Shown: piece after piece, positions 8,159 through 18,503 of the stretch
Layout: every line of letters starts with the position of its first letter
How positions within the stretch are numbered: the first letter of the stretch is position 1
Source of the DNA: an uncultured candidatus Porisulfidus sp.
GTDB taxonomy: Bacteria > Pseudomonadota > Gammaproteobacteria > Poriferisulfidales > Poriferisulfidaceae
DNA: 64,000 nucleotides
Direction of reading: 5' to 3'
Assembly (NCBI GenBank): GCA_965199755.1
Contig: CBDASZ010000001.1
Location: forward strand, 544,001-608,000
Notes under the pieces: generated by a model
What the model was told of the DNA's origin: nothing
Seen by the model: the letters and a program-made list of their open reading frames with translations, nothing else
The model's database searches: none
Made by a program: the position numbers and the translations under genes

Positions 8159-9403
8159 ATGTCTGTTCGCCTTTTCACTTCTGAAGCGGTCTCCCGCGGT
8201 CACCCCGACAAAGTGTGTGACCAGATTTCGGATGCAGTGCTGGACGCTGCTCTGGAGGAAGACGCAAACGCGCACGTCGCGATTGAGACTATGGTCAAGG
8301 ATCAGCAGGTCGTCTTGGCCGGCGAGATGACGCCACGGCTGTCGGATGATCGGCTGAAGCAGATTGCGCGCAACGTGATTGCGGATATTGGCTACACGCG
8401 GGACCTGGACATCGGGTTTGATGCCGAGCAATGCGATGTGCAGCTGCATGTTGGCGAGCAATCTGAGGAAATCAGAGGCGGGGTGGACCAAGGCGCAGAC
8501 GATCAGGGTGCTGGCGATCAGGGCATTATCTTTGGTTATGCTTGTGTTGAAGTCCCCAAGACGTTCCTGCCGGCCCCGATTCATTACGCGCATGCCTTGA
8601 TGCGGCAACATGAAGCAGTGCGTGCCACATCGGACGGCTGGCGTCTGTATCCGGACGCCAAGAGTCAGGTGACTTTTCAGTACGACGATGAAGGCAGTCC
8701 ACTAAAAGTTGATACGGTAGTGGTGTCGACCCATCACAGCGGTGACATTTCATTCAAAGAACTCCAGGATTTCGTTCGCGAACAGGTTATCGACCCTGTG
8801 ATTCCGCCAGAGTTATGCGCCCCTGACCTCACAATCTACGTCAATCCGGGAGGCAAGTGGGTGGATGGAGGCGGTCCGGTGGCTGACTGCGGCCTGACCG
8901 GGCGCAAGATCATCGTTGACACTTATGGAGGCAGTGCGCGCCATGGCGGCGGTGCCTTTTCCGGCAAGGATCCGTCCAAGGTGGATCGCTCCGCCGCGTA
9001 CGCAGCGCGTTATGTGGCGCGGCATGTGATCGCCAGCAGATGGGCGTCGCGTTGCGAGTTGCAGTTGGCGTATGCCATTGGCAAACCTAAACCAGTCTCT
9101 GTGTGCGTGAATACCTTCGGCACAGCGAGCGGGGACCGGGCGTTACTTGAGGACGCGATAAACGAGATCTTCGATTTGTCGGCTGGCGGCATCACGAAGA
9201 TGCTTGGCTTGATTGATCCGAAGTGCCGCCCGCGCTACGAAGAAACTGCGCGCCACGGTCATTTCGGCAATCTGGCTTTTCCTTGGGAGAAACTGGACCT
9301 GGATCGACTGAACAAATTGTGTGATGCACTGAACATTAAGCGAATACTAGAGTCAGTTCCGCCGACTCTGTCCGAGGTGCCGGACAACTGCACGGTGCAC
9401 TGA
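8159..9403 (+). CDS. metK: S-adenosylmethionine synthetase (divergent)
   Basis: 'FTSE..S.GHPDK..DQISD', 'GAGDQG', 'GLTGRKIIVDTYGG', 'GGGAFSGKDPSKVDRS'. Confidence 0.95.
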   Translation: MSVRLFTSEAVSRGHPDKVCDQISDAVLDAALEEDANAHVAIETMVKDQQVVLAGEMTPRLSDDRLKQIARNVIADIGYTRDLDIGFDAEQCDVQLHVGEQSEEIRGGVDQGADDQGAGDQGIIFGYACVEVPKTFLPAPIHYAHALMRQHEAVRATSDGWRLYPDAKSQVTFQYDDEGSPLKVDTVVVSTHHSGDISFKELQDFVREQVIDPVIPPELCAPDLTIYVNPGGKWVDGGGPVADCGLTGRKIIVDTYGGSARHGGGAFSGKDPSKVDRSAAYAARYVARHVIASRWASRCELQLAYAIGKPKPVSVCVNTFGTASGDRALLEDAINEIFDLSAGGITKMLGLIDPKCRPRYEETARHGHFGNLAFPWEKLDLDRLNKLCDALNIKRILESVPPTLSEVPDNCTVH

Positions 9404-9434
9404 ACATTGAGACAAGACCGCAGGAGAAATCTGC

Positions 9435-10745
9435 ATGACTGAAGTTGCCCACAAGATCTTCCCGGACCATGAAGTCGCCGACATGGATCTGGCGGCCTGG
9501 GGACACCGGGAGATCTCCATCGCACGCACCGAAATGCCGGGCCTGATCGCCTTGCGTGAGAAATACGAAGCGCAGAAACCTCTTGAAGGTGCGCGCATTG
9601 CCGGCTGTCTGCACATGACCATCCAGACCGCGGTGTTGATTGAGACGCTGGTGGCACTGGGTGCGGAAGTGCGCTGGTCGTCGTGCAATATTTTCTCCAC
9701 GCAGGATCATGCTGCTGCCGCGGTTGCGGATACCGGTGTTGCGGTATTCGCCTGGAAGGGCGAGACCGAAGAGGAATATGTGCATTGCATCCGCCGCACC
9801 ATCGAAGGGCCCGATGACTGGCACCCGAACTTGCTGCTGGACGACGGTGGCGATCTGACCCGTGTCATGCACGACGAGTATCCGCACCTGTTGGATGAGG
9901 TGCGCGGCATCTCGGAGGAGACCACCACTGGCGTCAATCGCCTGTACGCGATGTTTCGCGACGGCAGCCTCAAGGTGCCGGCGATCAACGTCAACGATTC
10001 CGTCACCAAGGCCAAGTTCGACAATACCTACGGCTGTCGCGAGTCACTGCTCGACGGAATCAAGCGCGCCACCGATGTGATGATTTCCGGCAAGTTGTGT
10101 GTTGTCGCAGGCTATGGCGGCGTTGGCAAAGGTTGCGTGCAATCGCTGCGCGCACAAGGCGCGATTGTGAAAGTCACCGAAGTCGATCCGATCTGCGCGC
10201 TGCAGGCGGCGATGGAAGGCATCGAAGTGGTCACCATGGATCAGGTGGTGTCAGAAGCGGACATTTTCGTGACCGCCACCGGCTGCAATCATGTCATCAC
10301 CCATGAGCACATGCGCCAGATGAAGCACGAAGCGATTGTCTGCAACATCGGGCATTTCGACAATGAGATTGATATCGAGTCGCTGACCGAGTGCACCTGG
10401 GAAGAAATCAAGCCGCAAGTCGATCACGTCATCTTCCCGGATGGCAAGCGTCTGATCGTGTTGGCCAAGGGCCGGCTGGTCAACCTCGGTTGCGCGACCG
10501 GGCATCCGAGTTTCGTCATGTCCTGCTCCTTTACCAATCAGGTGTTGGCGCAGATCGAGTTGTGGACGAATACCGAGGCCTACGATTGCGGCGTGCACAT
10601 GCTGCCTAAAGACAAGGACGAGGAAGTCGCCCGACTGCATCTGGACAAACTCGGTGTGCAACTGACCGATCTGACGCCGGAGCAGGTCGAGTATCTGGGA
10701 CTGCCGCAAGACGGCCCCTACAAGCCGGAGCACTATCGTTACTGA
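9435..10745 (+). CDS. ahcY: Adenosylhomocysteinase
   Basis: '[15 protein letters not shown]', '[14 protein letters not shown]', 'EETTTG', '[14 protein letters not shown]'. Confidence 0.98.
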   Translation: MTEVAHKIFPDHEVADMDLAAWGHREISIARTEMPGLIALREKYEAQKPLEGARIAGCLHMTIQTAVLIETLVALGAEVRWSSCNIFSTQDHAAAAVADTGVAVFAWKGETEEEYVHCIRRTIEGPDDWHPNLLLDDGGDLTRVMHDEYPHLLDEVRGISEETTTGVNRLYAMFRDGSLKVPAINVNDSVTKAKFDNTYGCRESLLDGIKRATDVMISGKLCVVAGYGGVGKGCVQSLRAQGAIVKVTEVDPICALQAAMEGIEVVTMDQVVSEADIFVTATGCNHVITHEHMRQMKHEAIVCNIGHFDNEIDIESLTECTWEEIKPQVDHVIFPDGKRLIVLAKGRLVNLGCATGHPSFVMSCSFTNQVLAQIELWTNTEAYDCGVHMLPKDKDEEVARLHLDKLGVQLTDLTPEQVEYLGLPQDGPYKPEHYRY

Positions 10746-10772
10746 GTGCTGCGACCGCACCCGGAGGCGTGC

Positions 10773-11720
10773 GTGAACGTACGTCGCATTGCGGTGGTAA
10801 TGGATCCGCCCGAAAGGGTTCAGGCCGCGCAAGATTCAAGTGTCGCATTGATGCTGGCCGCGCAATCGCGCGGTGCCGAAATCTTCATCACCACCCCGGA
10901 TTGTCTGTACGCGGAGGGTTCCGGCGTGCGTGCGTCACTACAGCGCATCGAACTCGAAGACCAGCCGCAGTGGTGGCGCGTGTGTGCTGAGGAATGCTGC
11001 GCGCTGAGTGATTTTGATGTGGTGTTGATGCGCAAGGATCCGCCGGTGGATCTGGCCTACTTTGCCGCTACCTGGCTGCTAGAGCAGGTGCAGGAGGCGG
11101 GCACGCCGGTGATTAATGCGCCGCGCGCCTTGCGCGATATTAACGAGAAGTTGTCGATTGCGCCATATGCTGATTTGGCACCGCCGTATCAGGTTTGCAC
11201 CCGCACCGAGGACGTGCGGCGGTTTCTTGATGAGCACGGCGAGATCGTGATCAAGCCGCTGGATCTGATGGGCGGGACGATGGTGTACCATTTACGCAAT
11301 GAGGATCCCGACTGGGTCAGTGTTGTGGAGCGTATCACGCAGGCGGGCAGCGTCCCGATCATGACGCAGCGTTTTGTGCCGGAAGTCGTCGACGGTGATC
11401 GGCGTCTGATTCTGATTGACGGAGAACTGGTGCCAGCGGCGGCGGTGCGCATCCCGAAGGCGGGTGAGTTTCGCGCCAACCTGGCACTCGGTGCGCGTAT
11501 GGAGATTGAGCCAGTGAACGCGCGCGATCAAGAGATTGCCGCGCGGGTCGGCCCGGACGTGCGCGCCGCGGGCGTGTGCTTCGCTGGCCTGGATGTGGTC
11601 GGCGGCTATCTCACCGAGATCAACATTACTTCTCCGACTTGCATTCGTGAACTGGAAGCGGCCGGGCATGCGGTCAGTGGAATGTTTTGGGACGCGGTGG
11701 AGGCGCACTGGCTGTCGTGA
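10773..11720 (+). CDS. gshB: Glutathione synthetase
   Basis: 'VVMDP', 'LMRKDPP', 'NEKL', 'EINITSPTC'; GTG start after GGAGG. Confidence 0.93.
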   Translation: MNVRRIAVVMDPPERVQAAQDSSVALMLAAQSRGAEIFITTPDCLYAEGSGVRASLQRIELEDQPQWWRVCAEECCALSDFDVVLMRKDPPVDLAYFAATWLLEQVQEAGTPVINAPRALRDINEKLSIAPYADLAPPYQVCTRTEDVRRFLDEHGEIVIKPLDLMGGTMVYHLRNEDPDWVSVVERITQAGSVPIMTQRFVPEVVDGDRRLILIDGELVPAAAVRIPKAGEFRANLALGARMEIEPVNARDQEIAARVGPDVRAAGVCFAGLDVVGGYLTEINITSPTCIRELEAAGHAVSGMFWDAVEAHWLS

Positions 11721-12289
11721 AACGAATATTGCGCGTATTGACGCCGGCAGCGACGCCTCGCGAACGGCTCCGTCTGTGTCTCGGTGTCGCACTGATCGTG
11801 CATGGGATCGCCGTGTTCGGGGTGGGCTTCACGCCGGTGCTTCCTGCCTCCGCCACGACTATCGAGTGGGTCGCAAGCGGCAGTGGGCCGTCGGGTGAAG
11901 AGTGGGGCGCTGGCGAGGGCGTAGCGGTTGCGCCTGCATGGGTTCGGCCAGTGTTGGGCGCGGGGGCGGATTCGCCGCAGCATGAGGCGGAGCAGGATTA
12001 TGTGCGCCGCTGGATCGCGCATACGGAACGTTTGGGCGCACCTATTGCCGAAGGGTTGTATGGTGAAATTGTGGCGCACGTCAATGTCGCATCGGATGGG
12101 CGCATTCGCGCCATTGAGATAGCACCGGGACCGGACCATTTGCGTCACGCCGTGCGTGACATTGTGCGCCGTGCGCAGCCGCACCCGTCGTTCCCGGACG
12201 CACTGCGGGCGTATCAGGATTCGGTGCGGATCAGTCGGCTGTGGAAATTTGGCGATAATACGGATGAACACAGAGAGTTCTTGCCATGA
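11717..12289 (+). CDS. TonB C-terminal-domain (energy transducer-like) protein
   Basis: N-terminal TM 'ALIVHG', TonB_C-like 'IVRRAQP..FP...I.R.WKF'; gshB-tonB-algH context. Confidence 0.7.
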   Translation: MKRILRVLTPAATPRERLRLCLGVALIVHGIAVFGVGFTPVLPASATTIEWVASGSGPSGEEWGAGEGVAVAPAWVRPVLGAGADSPQHEAEQDYVRRWIAHTERLGAPIAEGLYGEIVAHVNVASDGRIRAIEIAPGPDHLRHAVRDIVRRAQPHPSFPDALRAYQDSVRISRLWKFGDNTDEHREFLP

Positions 12290-12849
12290 AAAGTTTGCAC
12301 GGACAGTTGTTGATTTCAGTACCGGAGATGCAGGACGAGATGTTTGCGCATTCGCTGGTGCTGGTCTGTGAGCATCAGGAAGCCCGCGGCGCGATGGGTT
12401 TCATCATCAATCGCCCCACCGAATTGACCCTGCGCGATCTGATGATGGACATGGACATCAGGCCGGAAGTGGAAGAGGGCATGACGCGGCCGGTGTTTAT
12501 GGGCGGGCCGGTGAATGCGAATCAGGGCTTTGGGCTGTATGCCGGAGCTGGCGATTTGGAGTTGCCGGACTGCGTGCCGGTGGGCGGCGAGTTGCAGATG
12601 ACGACGTCACGAGACTTGCTTGAGAAATGCGCCGCCGGACAGGGACCGAAACACTTGCTGGTTGCGATCGGCTGTGCTGGTTGGGAGGCCGGGCAGCTGG
12701 AGCAGGAGATGCAGTCGGGGATGTGGTGGACGGCGACGGTGTCGGAGTCGCTGCTGTTTGAGGTGCCGCCGGTGCAGCGCTGGGGCAGTGCGCTGGAGCA
12801 GTTGGGCCTGAACGCGGCCAGCCTGTATCCGGGAAGCGGCCATGCCTGA
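12286..12849 (+). CDS. yqgE: YqgE/AlgH family protein
   Basis: 'GAMGFIINRP', 'MGGPV', 'AGWEAGQLEQE', C-terminal 'GHA'. Confidence 0.92.
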   Translation: MKSLHGQLLISVPEMQDEMFAHSLVLVCEHQEARGAMGFIINRPTELTLRDLMMDMDIRPEVEEGMTRPVFMGGPVNANQGFGLYAGAGDLELPDCVPVGGELQMTTSRDLLEKCAAGQGPKHLLVAIGCAGWEAGQLEQEMQSGMWWTATVSESLLFEVPPVQRWGSALEQLGLNAASLYPGSGHA

Positions 12850-13294
12850 GCGCCGGGGACTGGCGCTGGCATTTGATTTCGGAACCGTACGCATTGGCGT
12901 GGCGGTGGGCTCGCGGGAAGCCGAGACCGCGCGCGGGCTTGCGGTCGTCGCGAATCGCAAAGGCGCGGTCGACTGGGCAGCCATTGACGCGCTGGTGGCG
13001 GAATGGGTGCCGAACATTCTGATTGTTGGAGAGCCTGTCGAGCAGAGGGATGCAGACTCTGCCTGGCACCGCGCCATGCGCGCCTTTTACCGCGAATTGA
13101 TCGCCCGCTACGGTCTGCCGGTGGAGCGCGTCAACGAGGATTACAGTTCGTTCACCGCGCGCGCCGAGTTGCGTACGCAGCGTCTTGATGGCAGGCGCGG
13201 TAAGACGAGTCGCGGCGAAACTGATAAGATAGCCGCTGCTTGCATCCTCCAAACTTGGTTTTCGGAACGCGATGCCGTCCTGCGAAAAGATTGA
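12842..13294 (+). CDS. ruvX: Pre-16S rRNA nuclease YqgF/RuvX
   Basis: 'LAFDFGTVRIGVAVG', 'D.IAA..IL'. Confidence 0.92.
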   Translation: MPERRGLALAFDFGTVRIGVAVGSREAETARGLAVVANRKGAVDWAAIDALVAEWVPNILIVGEPVEQRDADSAWHRAMRAFYRELIARYGLPVERVNEDYSSFTARAELRTQRLDGRRGKTSRGETDKIAAACILQTWFSERDAVLRKD

Positions 13295-13805
13295 AACTGG
13301 TGCTGTACTTTCCCATTTAGGCGACTCTGTTCAGTCTTTTCTAGCCAACCGCAATCTCAGTCCCATTTTCGTTGGCATCCACACCGGAGGCGTGTGGGTG
13401 GCCGAGATCCTGCACGCGCATTGTGGGGCGCAGGAGCCTTTGGGCATGCTTGATGTGAGTTATCACCGCGACGATGTCGCCCGCACCGGGGTGCGTCCGC
13501 GCAAGCCGGTGCAGATGCCGGCCTCCTTGGACGGCCGCGACGTGCTGCTGATTGACGATGTGCTGTACACCGGGCGCACCACGCGCGCGGCGTTGAATGA
13601 ATTGTTTGAATATGGGCGCCCGGCTTCGGTGATGCTGGCGGTGCTGGTGGATCGTCCGGGTCGCGAGATTCCGGTGGCACCGGACATTGTTGGCATGCGC
13701 CTTGAACTGGGCCCGGAAGATCGCGTCAAGTTGCACGGACCGGATCCGATGGAACTGGTGATCACGCGCCCGTGCGAGTCATTGCTTGAGAATTCCGGCG
13801 CATGA
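13272..13805 (+). CDS. pyrR: Bifunctional pyr regulator/uracil phosphoribosyltransferase PyrR
   Basis: 'GIHTGG', 'HRDD', '[17 protein letters not shown]'. Confidence 0.92.
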   Translation: MPSCEKIETGAVLSHLGDSVQSFLANRNLSPIFVGIHTGGVWVAEILHAHCGAQEPLGMLDVSYHRDDVARTGVRPRKPVQMPASLDGRDVLLIDDVLYTGRTTRAALNELFEYGRPASVMLAVLVDRPGREIPVAPDIVGMRLELGPEDRVKLHGPDPMELVITRPCESLLENSGA

Positions 13806-14794
13806 GCGAGCAGGCCACCTTGTTCCCCGCCGCGGCTGCGGCGCGCTGTCAACTGGACGAGCAGGGTCGGCTGCGGCATTTCCTCAGCATTGAAGGCTTG
13901 CCGCTGGCGCTGCTCGAAGAGATTCACGAGCTGGCGCGTTCGTTTCAATCGAAGAGTGAGCACAGCACCCAAAAGGTGCCATTACTGCGTGGCAAGACCA
14001 TCGTCAATCTGTTCTTCGAGGCGAGCACCCGCACCCGCACCACCTTTGAGTTGGCCGCCAAGCGCCTGTCGGCGGATGTGCTCAATCTGGACATGGCCTC
14101 ATCGGCCACCACCAAAGGCGAGAACCTGCTCGACACGCTGCGCAATCTGCAGTCCATGCACTGTGACATGTTCGTGGTGCGACATCACGAAAGCGGCGCG
14201 GCGCACTTCATCGTGCAGCACGTCGCCGATCACATCAGTGTGATCAATGCCGGCGATGGCAGTCACGCGCATCCGACCCAGGCGATGCTCGATACGTTCA
14301 CGCTACGCCAGCACTTCCCGGACTTAAGCGGCATTGCGGTCACGATTGTTGGCGACATCCTGCACTCGCGGGTGGCGCGTTCCGAGATTCAGGCTTTGCG
14401 CGCCTTTGGCGTGGGCGAGATTCGGGTGGTCGCGCCGCGCACCTTGCTGCCGCAGCAAGTGCAGAGCCTGGGGGTGGTGCCGTACGCCTCGCTGGAAGAA
14501 GGCATCGAAGGGGTGCAGGCAGTGATTTTGCTGCGCCTGCAGAAAGAGCGCATGCACGGCAGTTTCGTGCCGAGCGAAAGCGAGTATTACCGGCTGTACG
14601 GCTTGACGCGCGCGCGTCAGGAGTTGCTGGCCGAAGATGGCATCGTGATGCATCCGGGACCGGTCAATCGTGGCGTGGAGGCTGAGTCGGCAGTGGTCGA
14701 TGGGCCGCGCTCGGTGATTTTGCAGCAGGTGCGTAACGGCATTGCGGTGCGCATGGCGATTCTGTCGATGGCGATGAGCGGGAGGAGCTGGTGA
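13802..14794 (+). CDS. pyrB: Aspartate carbamoyltransferase catalytic subunit
   Basis: '[12 protein letters not shown]', 'HPTQ', 'RLQKER', 'MHPGPVNRG'. Confidence 0.97.
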   Translation: MSEQATLFPAAAAARCQLDEQGRLRHFLSIEGLPLALLEEIHELARSFQSKSEHSTQKVPLLRGKTIVNLFFEASTRTRTTFELAAKRLSADVLNLDMASSATTKGENLLDTLRNLQSMHCDMFVVRHHESGAAHFIVQHVADHISVINAGDGSHAHPTQAMLDTFTLRQHFPDLSGIAVTIVGDILHSRVARSEIQALRAFGVGEIRVVAPRTLLPQQVQSLGVVPYASLEEGIEGVQAVILLRLQKERMHGSFVPSESEYYRLYGLTRARQELLAEDGIVMHPGPVNRGVEAESAVVDGPRSVILQQVRNGIAVRMAILSMAMSGRSW

Positions 14795-16062
14795 CGCGCT
14801 TGTGTATACGCGGCGGCGTGCTGGCGAACACGCAACAGGTCGCTGATGTGTTTTGCGCCGACGGCAAGATTGTCGCTATCGGTGAGCCGCCTGCGGATTT
14901 CACGGTCGAGCGCGACGTGGCGGCGGACGATTGTCTGGTGATGCCGGGCGTGATTGACCTGGCGGTATGCCTGACCCCGATTGGCGCGTTCCGCCCGAAT
15001 GCGGAAACTGAATGTGACGCGGCCGCCGCAGGCGGCGTGACCACGGTCTGTTCGGTAGCGGAAACCCAGCCGGTGCCGGATTCGCCGGCGGCCGTGCGGC
15101 TGTTGATGGATCAGGTAGCGCGCACCGGGCTGGTGCATCTGGAAGTGCTGGGCGCGGCAATGCGGGAACTGGGAGACACGCAGTTATCGAGTCTGGGCGC
15201 GTTGCGCGAGGCCGGTTGCGTTGGCATCAGCAATGGCGCACGTCCATATGCAAACTTGCTGGTGTTGCGACGGGTCATGGAATACGCGAGCAGTCAGGAC
15301 CTGACCGTGTTCTACCACCCGATGGATCATGCGCTGGCTGGTGAGGGTTGCGCCCATGAAGGGCAGTATGCGGCGCGTCTGGGTTTGCCGGGGATTCCGG
15401 CGGCGGCGGAGACGGCTGCGCTGGCGCAGATGATGGCGCTGGTTCAAGATACCGGGGCGCGGGTGCATTTCTGCCGCCTGTCTTGTGCAGCCGCGGTGGA
15501 TATTCTGGAGATCGGACACAACACCGGCTTGCCGGTGACGGCGGATGTCGCCATTCATTATCTGTTTCTGACTGAATCGGCCATCGAGGGCTTTGATGTC
15601 AACACGCATGTGTTGCCGCCGTTGCGTACCGAAGAGGATCGGGACCGTCTGCGCGAAGCGGTGGCCGAAGGGGTGTTAGCTGCTATTTGTTCTGACCATT
15701 GCCCGCTGGACCCGGATGCCAAGGCCGCGCCGTTTCCGGCTACCCGTCCCGGAATTGCCGGTATCGAGAGCTTGTTGCCGCTGACTTTGCAGTTGGCCTC
15801 CCGAGAAGAGTTGGCGTTGGATGTGGCGGTGGCCCGATTGACGCAGGGGCCGGCGGAGATTCTGGGTCGCACGGCACCGCTGCTGGAAGTGGATGCTCCG
15901 GCTGACCTGTGTGTGGTTCGCCGGGATAAGGAATGGACGTTCGAGGCCGCTTCGATGCGCAGTGCAGGACGCAACACGCCCTTCGATGGTTGGCAGATGC
16001 ATAATCGCGTGATGGCGACGGTGTGCGGTGGTGAACTGGTGTATGCCTGGAAGGAGGCTTGA
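14791..16062 (+). CDS. pyrC: Dihydroorotase-like PyrC' (pseudo-DHOase subunit of ATCase)
   Basis: Amidohydrolase fold ('PGVIDL', 'PPLRT', 'SDH.P', 'NTPF') without the HxH metal motif; follows pyrB. Confidence 0.85.
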   Translation: MTRLCIRGGVLANTQQVADVFCADGKIVAIGEPPADFTVERDVAADDCLVMPGVIDLAVCLTPIGAFRPNAETECDAAAAGGVTTVCSVAETQPVPDSPAAVRLLMDQVARTGLVHLEVLGAAMRELGDTQLSSLGALREAGCVGISNGARPYANLLVLRRVMEYASSQDLTVFYHPMDHALAGEGCAHEGQYAARLGLPGIPAAAETAALAQMMALVQDTGARVHFCRLSCAAAVDILEIGHNTGLPVTADVAIHYLFLTESAIEGFDVNTHVLPPLRTEEDRDRLREAVAEGVLAAICSDHCPLDPDAKAAPFPATRPGIAGIESLLPLTLQLASREELALDVAVARLTQGPAEILGRTAPLLEVDAPADLCVVRRDKEWTFEAASMRSAGRNTPFDGWQMHNRVMATVCGGELVYAWKEA

Positions 16063-16937
16063 GCCGCACGATGCGAAATAGCATCCATGAAGTTGAAGCG
16101 GAGGTGGTGCAGTCGCAGGATCTGGGCGCGGATCAGTATCTGTTGCGCCTGCAGGCACCGACGATTGCCGCGCAGGCGACACCGGGAAGTTTCGTGCATA
16201 TGGAGGCCTTGCCGGAGCGCATCGCCTTGAGGCGTCCGTTCTCCGTATTGTGGCGCGATCGTGATGCTGGCACGGTGGATGTGCTGTACAAGGTGGTTGG
16301 CGCGGGAACCGAGGCGATGGCGCACATGCAAGCCGGCGCGCACACGCGCCTGCTCGGCCCAATAGGGCGGGGGTTTGATGCGGCGCAGGCCGGTGAGTAT
16401 CCGTTGTTGGTTGGCGGTGGTGTGGGTATTCCGCCGATTCTGTTTTTGGCGCGGCAACTACAAGGCGAGGCGCAGCCGTTCGTGGTCATGGGCTCTGAGG
16501 TGCCGTTCCCGTTTCCCAGTCGGCCGTCCCAGATTCGGGTGCCGGGAATCCCGGAAGGCGTGATTGCCGGCATGGACTTGCTGGAAGATCTCGGTATAGC
16601 GTCGCGCCTGTGCAGCCTGCAAGGTTACGCAGGTTGTCATAACGGCTATGTGGATGATCTGGCGCGACACTGGCTGGCGGCGCAGGACCCTGAGCGGCGC
16701 GCGCGCATTAACGTGTTCGCTTGCGGGCCGATGGCGATGCTCGAAGCGGTGGCACGGCTGGCGCGGGAATTTGATCTGCGCTGTCAGGTATGCGTGGAGG
16801 AATATATGGCCTGTGCAGTGGGGGGGTGCGCCGGTTGCACGATCCCGGTGATGGGCGAAGACAATCAACTGTCGATGAAGCGCGTGTGTGTGGATGGCCC
16901 TGTGTTTGACGCGCGTGGTGTGTTCCATTCGGACTGA
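16059..16937 (+). CDS. pyrK: Dihydroorotate dehydrogenase electron-transfer subunit
   Basis: 'LRRPFS', 'GGGVGIPP', 'ACGP', [2Fe-2S] 'MACAVGGCAGC...RVCVDGPVF'. Confidence 0.88.
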   Translation: MSRTMRNSIHEVEAEVVQSQDLGADQYLLRLQAPTIAAQATPGSFVHMEALPERIALRRPFSVLWRDRDAGTVDVLYKVVGAGTEAMAHMQAGAHTRLLGPIGRGFDAAQAGEYPLLVGGGVGIPPILFLARQLQGEAQPFVVMGSEVPFPFPSRPSQIRVPGIPEGVIAGMDLLEDLGIASRLCSLQGYAGCHNGYVDDLARHWLAAQDPERRARINVFACGPMAMLEAVARLAREFDLRCQVCVEEYMACAVGGCAGCTIPVMGEDNQLSMKRVCVDGPVFDARGVFHSD

Positions 16938-16965
16938 CGCGGGCGCGCATTCCTATAATGCAGTT

Positions 16966-17667
16966 ATGGAAAGTGCCGTTGATGCGCGCGTGGCCCGTTT
17001 GCGCGAACGGATCCGGGAGGCGGAAGCGCGCTGCGGACGAGAGGCGGGAAGTGTTCGTCTTTTGGCAGTCAGCAAGCAGCAGAGCCTGAGCCGGATGCGC
17101 ACGGCCTGTGCGCTGGGCATTCGGGATTTTGGCGAGAATCATCTGCAATCGGCACTGGAAAAAATGCACACACTGAAACAATCCGACGTGCGCTGGCACT
17201 TCATTGGCACCATTCAAAGCCGCAAGGCGAAGGAAGTGGCGCGCCGCTTCGACTGGGTGCACAGTCTGGATCGCGTGGAGATTGCGCGGCGTCTACATGA
17301 GGCGCGCGACGGCGTGTCGCAGCGCCTGCCAGTCTGCGTGCAGGTTCGTATTGGCGGCGAGGCCAGCAAGTCCGGCATTGAGCCGCACGAGGTGCTGGGT
17401 TTTGTGGAGCAGATCAGTGCGTACAAGCGCTTGTGGGTGCGCGGGCTGATGACGATTCCCGCGCCATGTACCGAAGTTGACGCCCAGCGCCGCCAGTTCG
17501 CGCAACTGCGCCGCTGCCAGGAACAGGTGTGCGCGGCGGGGTTTGAGATGGATGAATTATCGATGGGCATGAGCGCGGATTTTGAAGCGGCGATCGTTGA
17601 GGGGGCCACCTGGATTCGTGTAGGCACCGCCTTGTTCGGCGCGCGAGCGGATGCGAGGGCTGCCTGA
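16966..17667 (+). CDS. yggS: PLP homeostasis protein YggS
   Basis: 'LLAVSK', 'FGEN', 'WHFIG', 'LSMGMSADFE', 'RVGTALFG'. Confidence 0.95.
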   Translation: MESAVDARVARLRERIREAEARCGREAGSVRLLAVSKQQSLSRMRTACALGIRDFGENHLQSALEKMHTLKQSDVRWHFIGTIQSRKAKEVARRFDWVHSLDRVEIARRLHEARDGVSQRLPVCVQVRIGGEASKSGIEPHEVLGFVEQISAYKRLWVRGLMTIPAPCTEVDAQRRQFAQLRRCQEQVCAAGFEMDELSMGMSADFEAAIVEGATWIRVGTALFGARADARAA

Positions 17668-18503
17668 TGACAGAGACGCGATTGCTGCTGCTCGGCGGCG
17701 GCCATATGGGACAAGCGCTGATCGGCGGGATGCTCAAGCACGGCTGGTCGGCGCAGACGATCGCGGTCTCCGACCCGGACCCGCGAGTGCATCACGCCAT
17801 GGCCAACAAGTTCGGAGTGCGACGTCTGTATCACGACAACACCATGGCGTATTCCGAAGTGCAGCCCGAAGTGGTGCTCTTCGCGGTCAAGCCAGGCGGC
17901 ATGCCGACCACCGCGACGGATTTGGCACCCTGGATGGTGTCGGAGAAACCCTTGCTAATCAGTCTGGCCGCGGGTGTACGCACAGAGGCTCTGTCGCGCT
18001 GGACCGGCGGGCATTGTCCGGTGGTTCGGGTGATGCCGAACATGCCGGCTTTGGTGGGTGCCGGCATGAGCGTTTTGTATGCGCGCACCGACGTGAGCGA
18101 TAAACAACGCAATTACGCCACGCAAATTCTCGCCAGCGTGGGGGAAACGCTGTGGCTGGAGGAGGAGTGCTTGATGGATGCGGTGACCGCAGTGTCGGGC
18201 AGCGGCCCGGCTTACTTTTTTGCCTTTCTGCAGGCTCTGGAAGACGCGGCTTGTGCGCTGGATCTGCCGGAAGATCAGGCGCGCACGCTGGTGCTGGAGA
18301 CCGCGCGCGGCGCGCTGGAACTCGCCTCGACTTCAGACAACTCGGTGGCTGAATTGCGCGAGCAAGTTACCTCCAAGGGCGGCACCACGGAGGCGGCTTT
18401 GCAAGTGCTGAGTGCGGGTGATTTTGCCGCGTTGGTGGCGGCGGCGCTGGCGGCGGCCGAGAAGCGCGCTGTGGAACTGGGTGACGAGAGCGCGCGAGCC
18501 TGA
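17667..18503 (+). CDS. proC: Pyrroline-5-carboxylate reductase
   Basis: 'GGGHMG', 'AVKP', 'RVMPN', 'SGSGPAY', 'VTSKGGTT'. Confidence 0.96.
   Translation: MTETRLLLLGGGHMGQALIGGMLKHGWSAQTIAVSDPDPRVHHAMANKFGVRRLYHDNTMAYSEVQPEVVLFAVKPGGMPTTATDLAPWMVSEKPLLISLAAGVRTEALSRWTGGHCPVVRVMPNMPALVGAGMSVLYARTDVSDKQRNYATQILASVGETLWLEEECLMDAVTAVSGSGPAYFFAFLQALEDAACALDLPEDQARTLVLETARGALELASTSDNSVAELREQVTSKGGTTEAALQVLSAGDFAALVAAALAAAEKRAVELGDESARA

Noticed and set aside
14791-16062. Dihydroorotase without metal-binding histidines as a novelty or pseudogene
   Set aside because: Matches the known inactive PyrC' structural subunit of Pseudomonas-type ATCase
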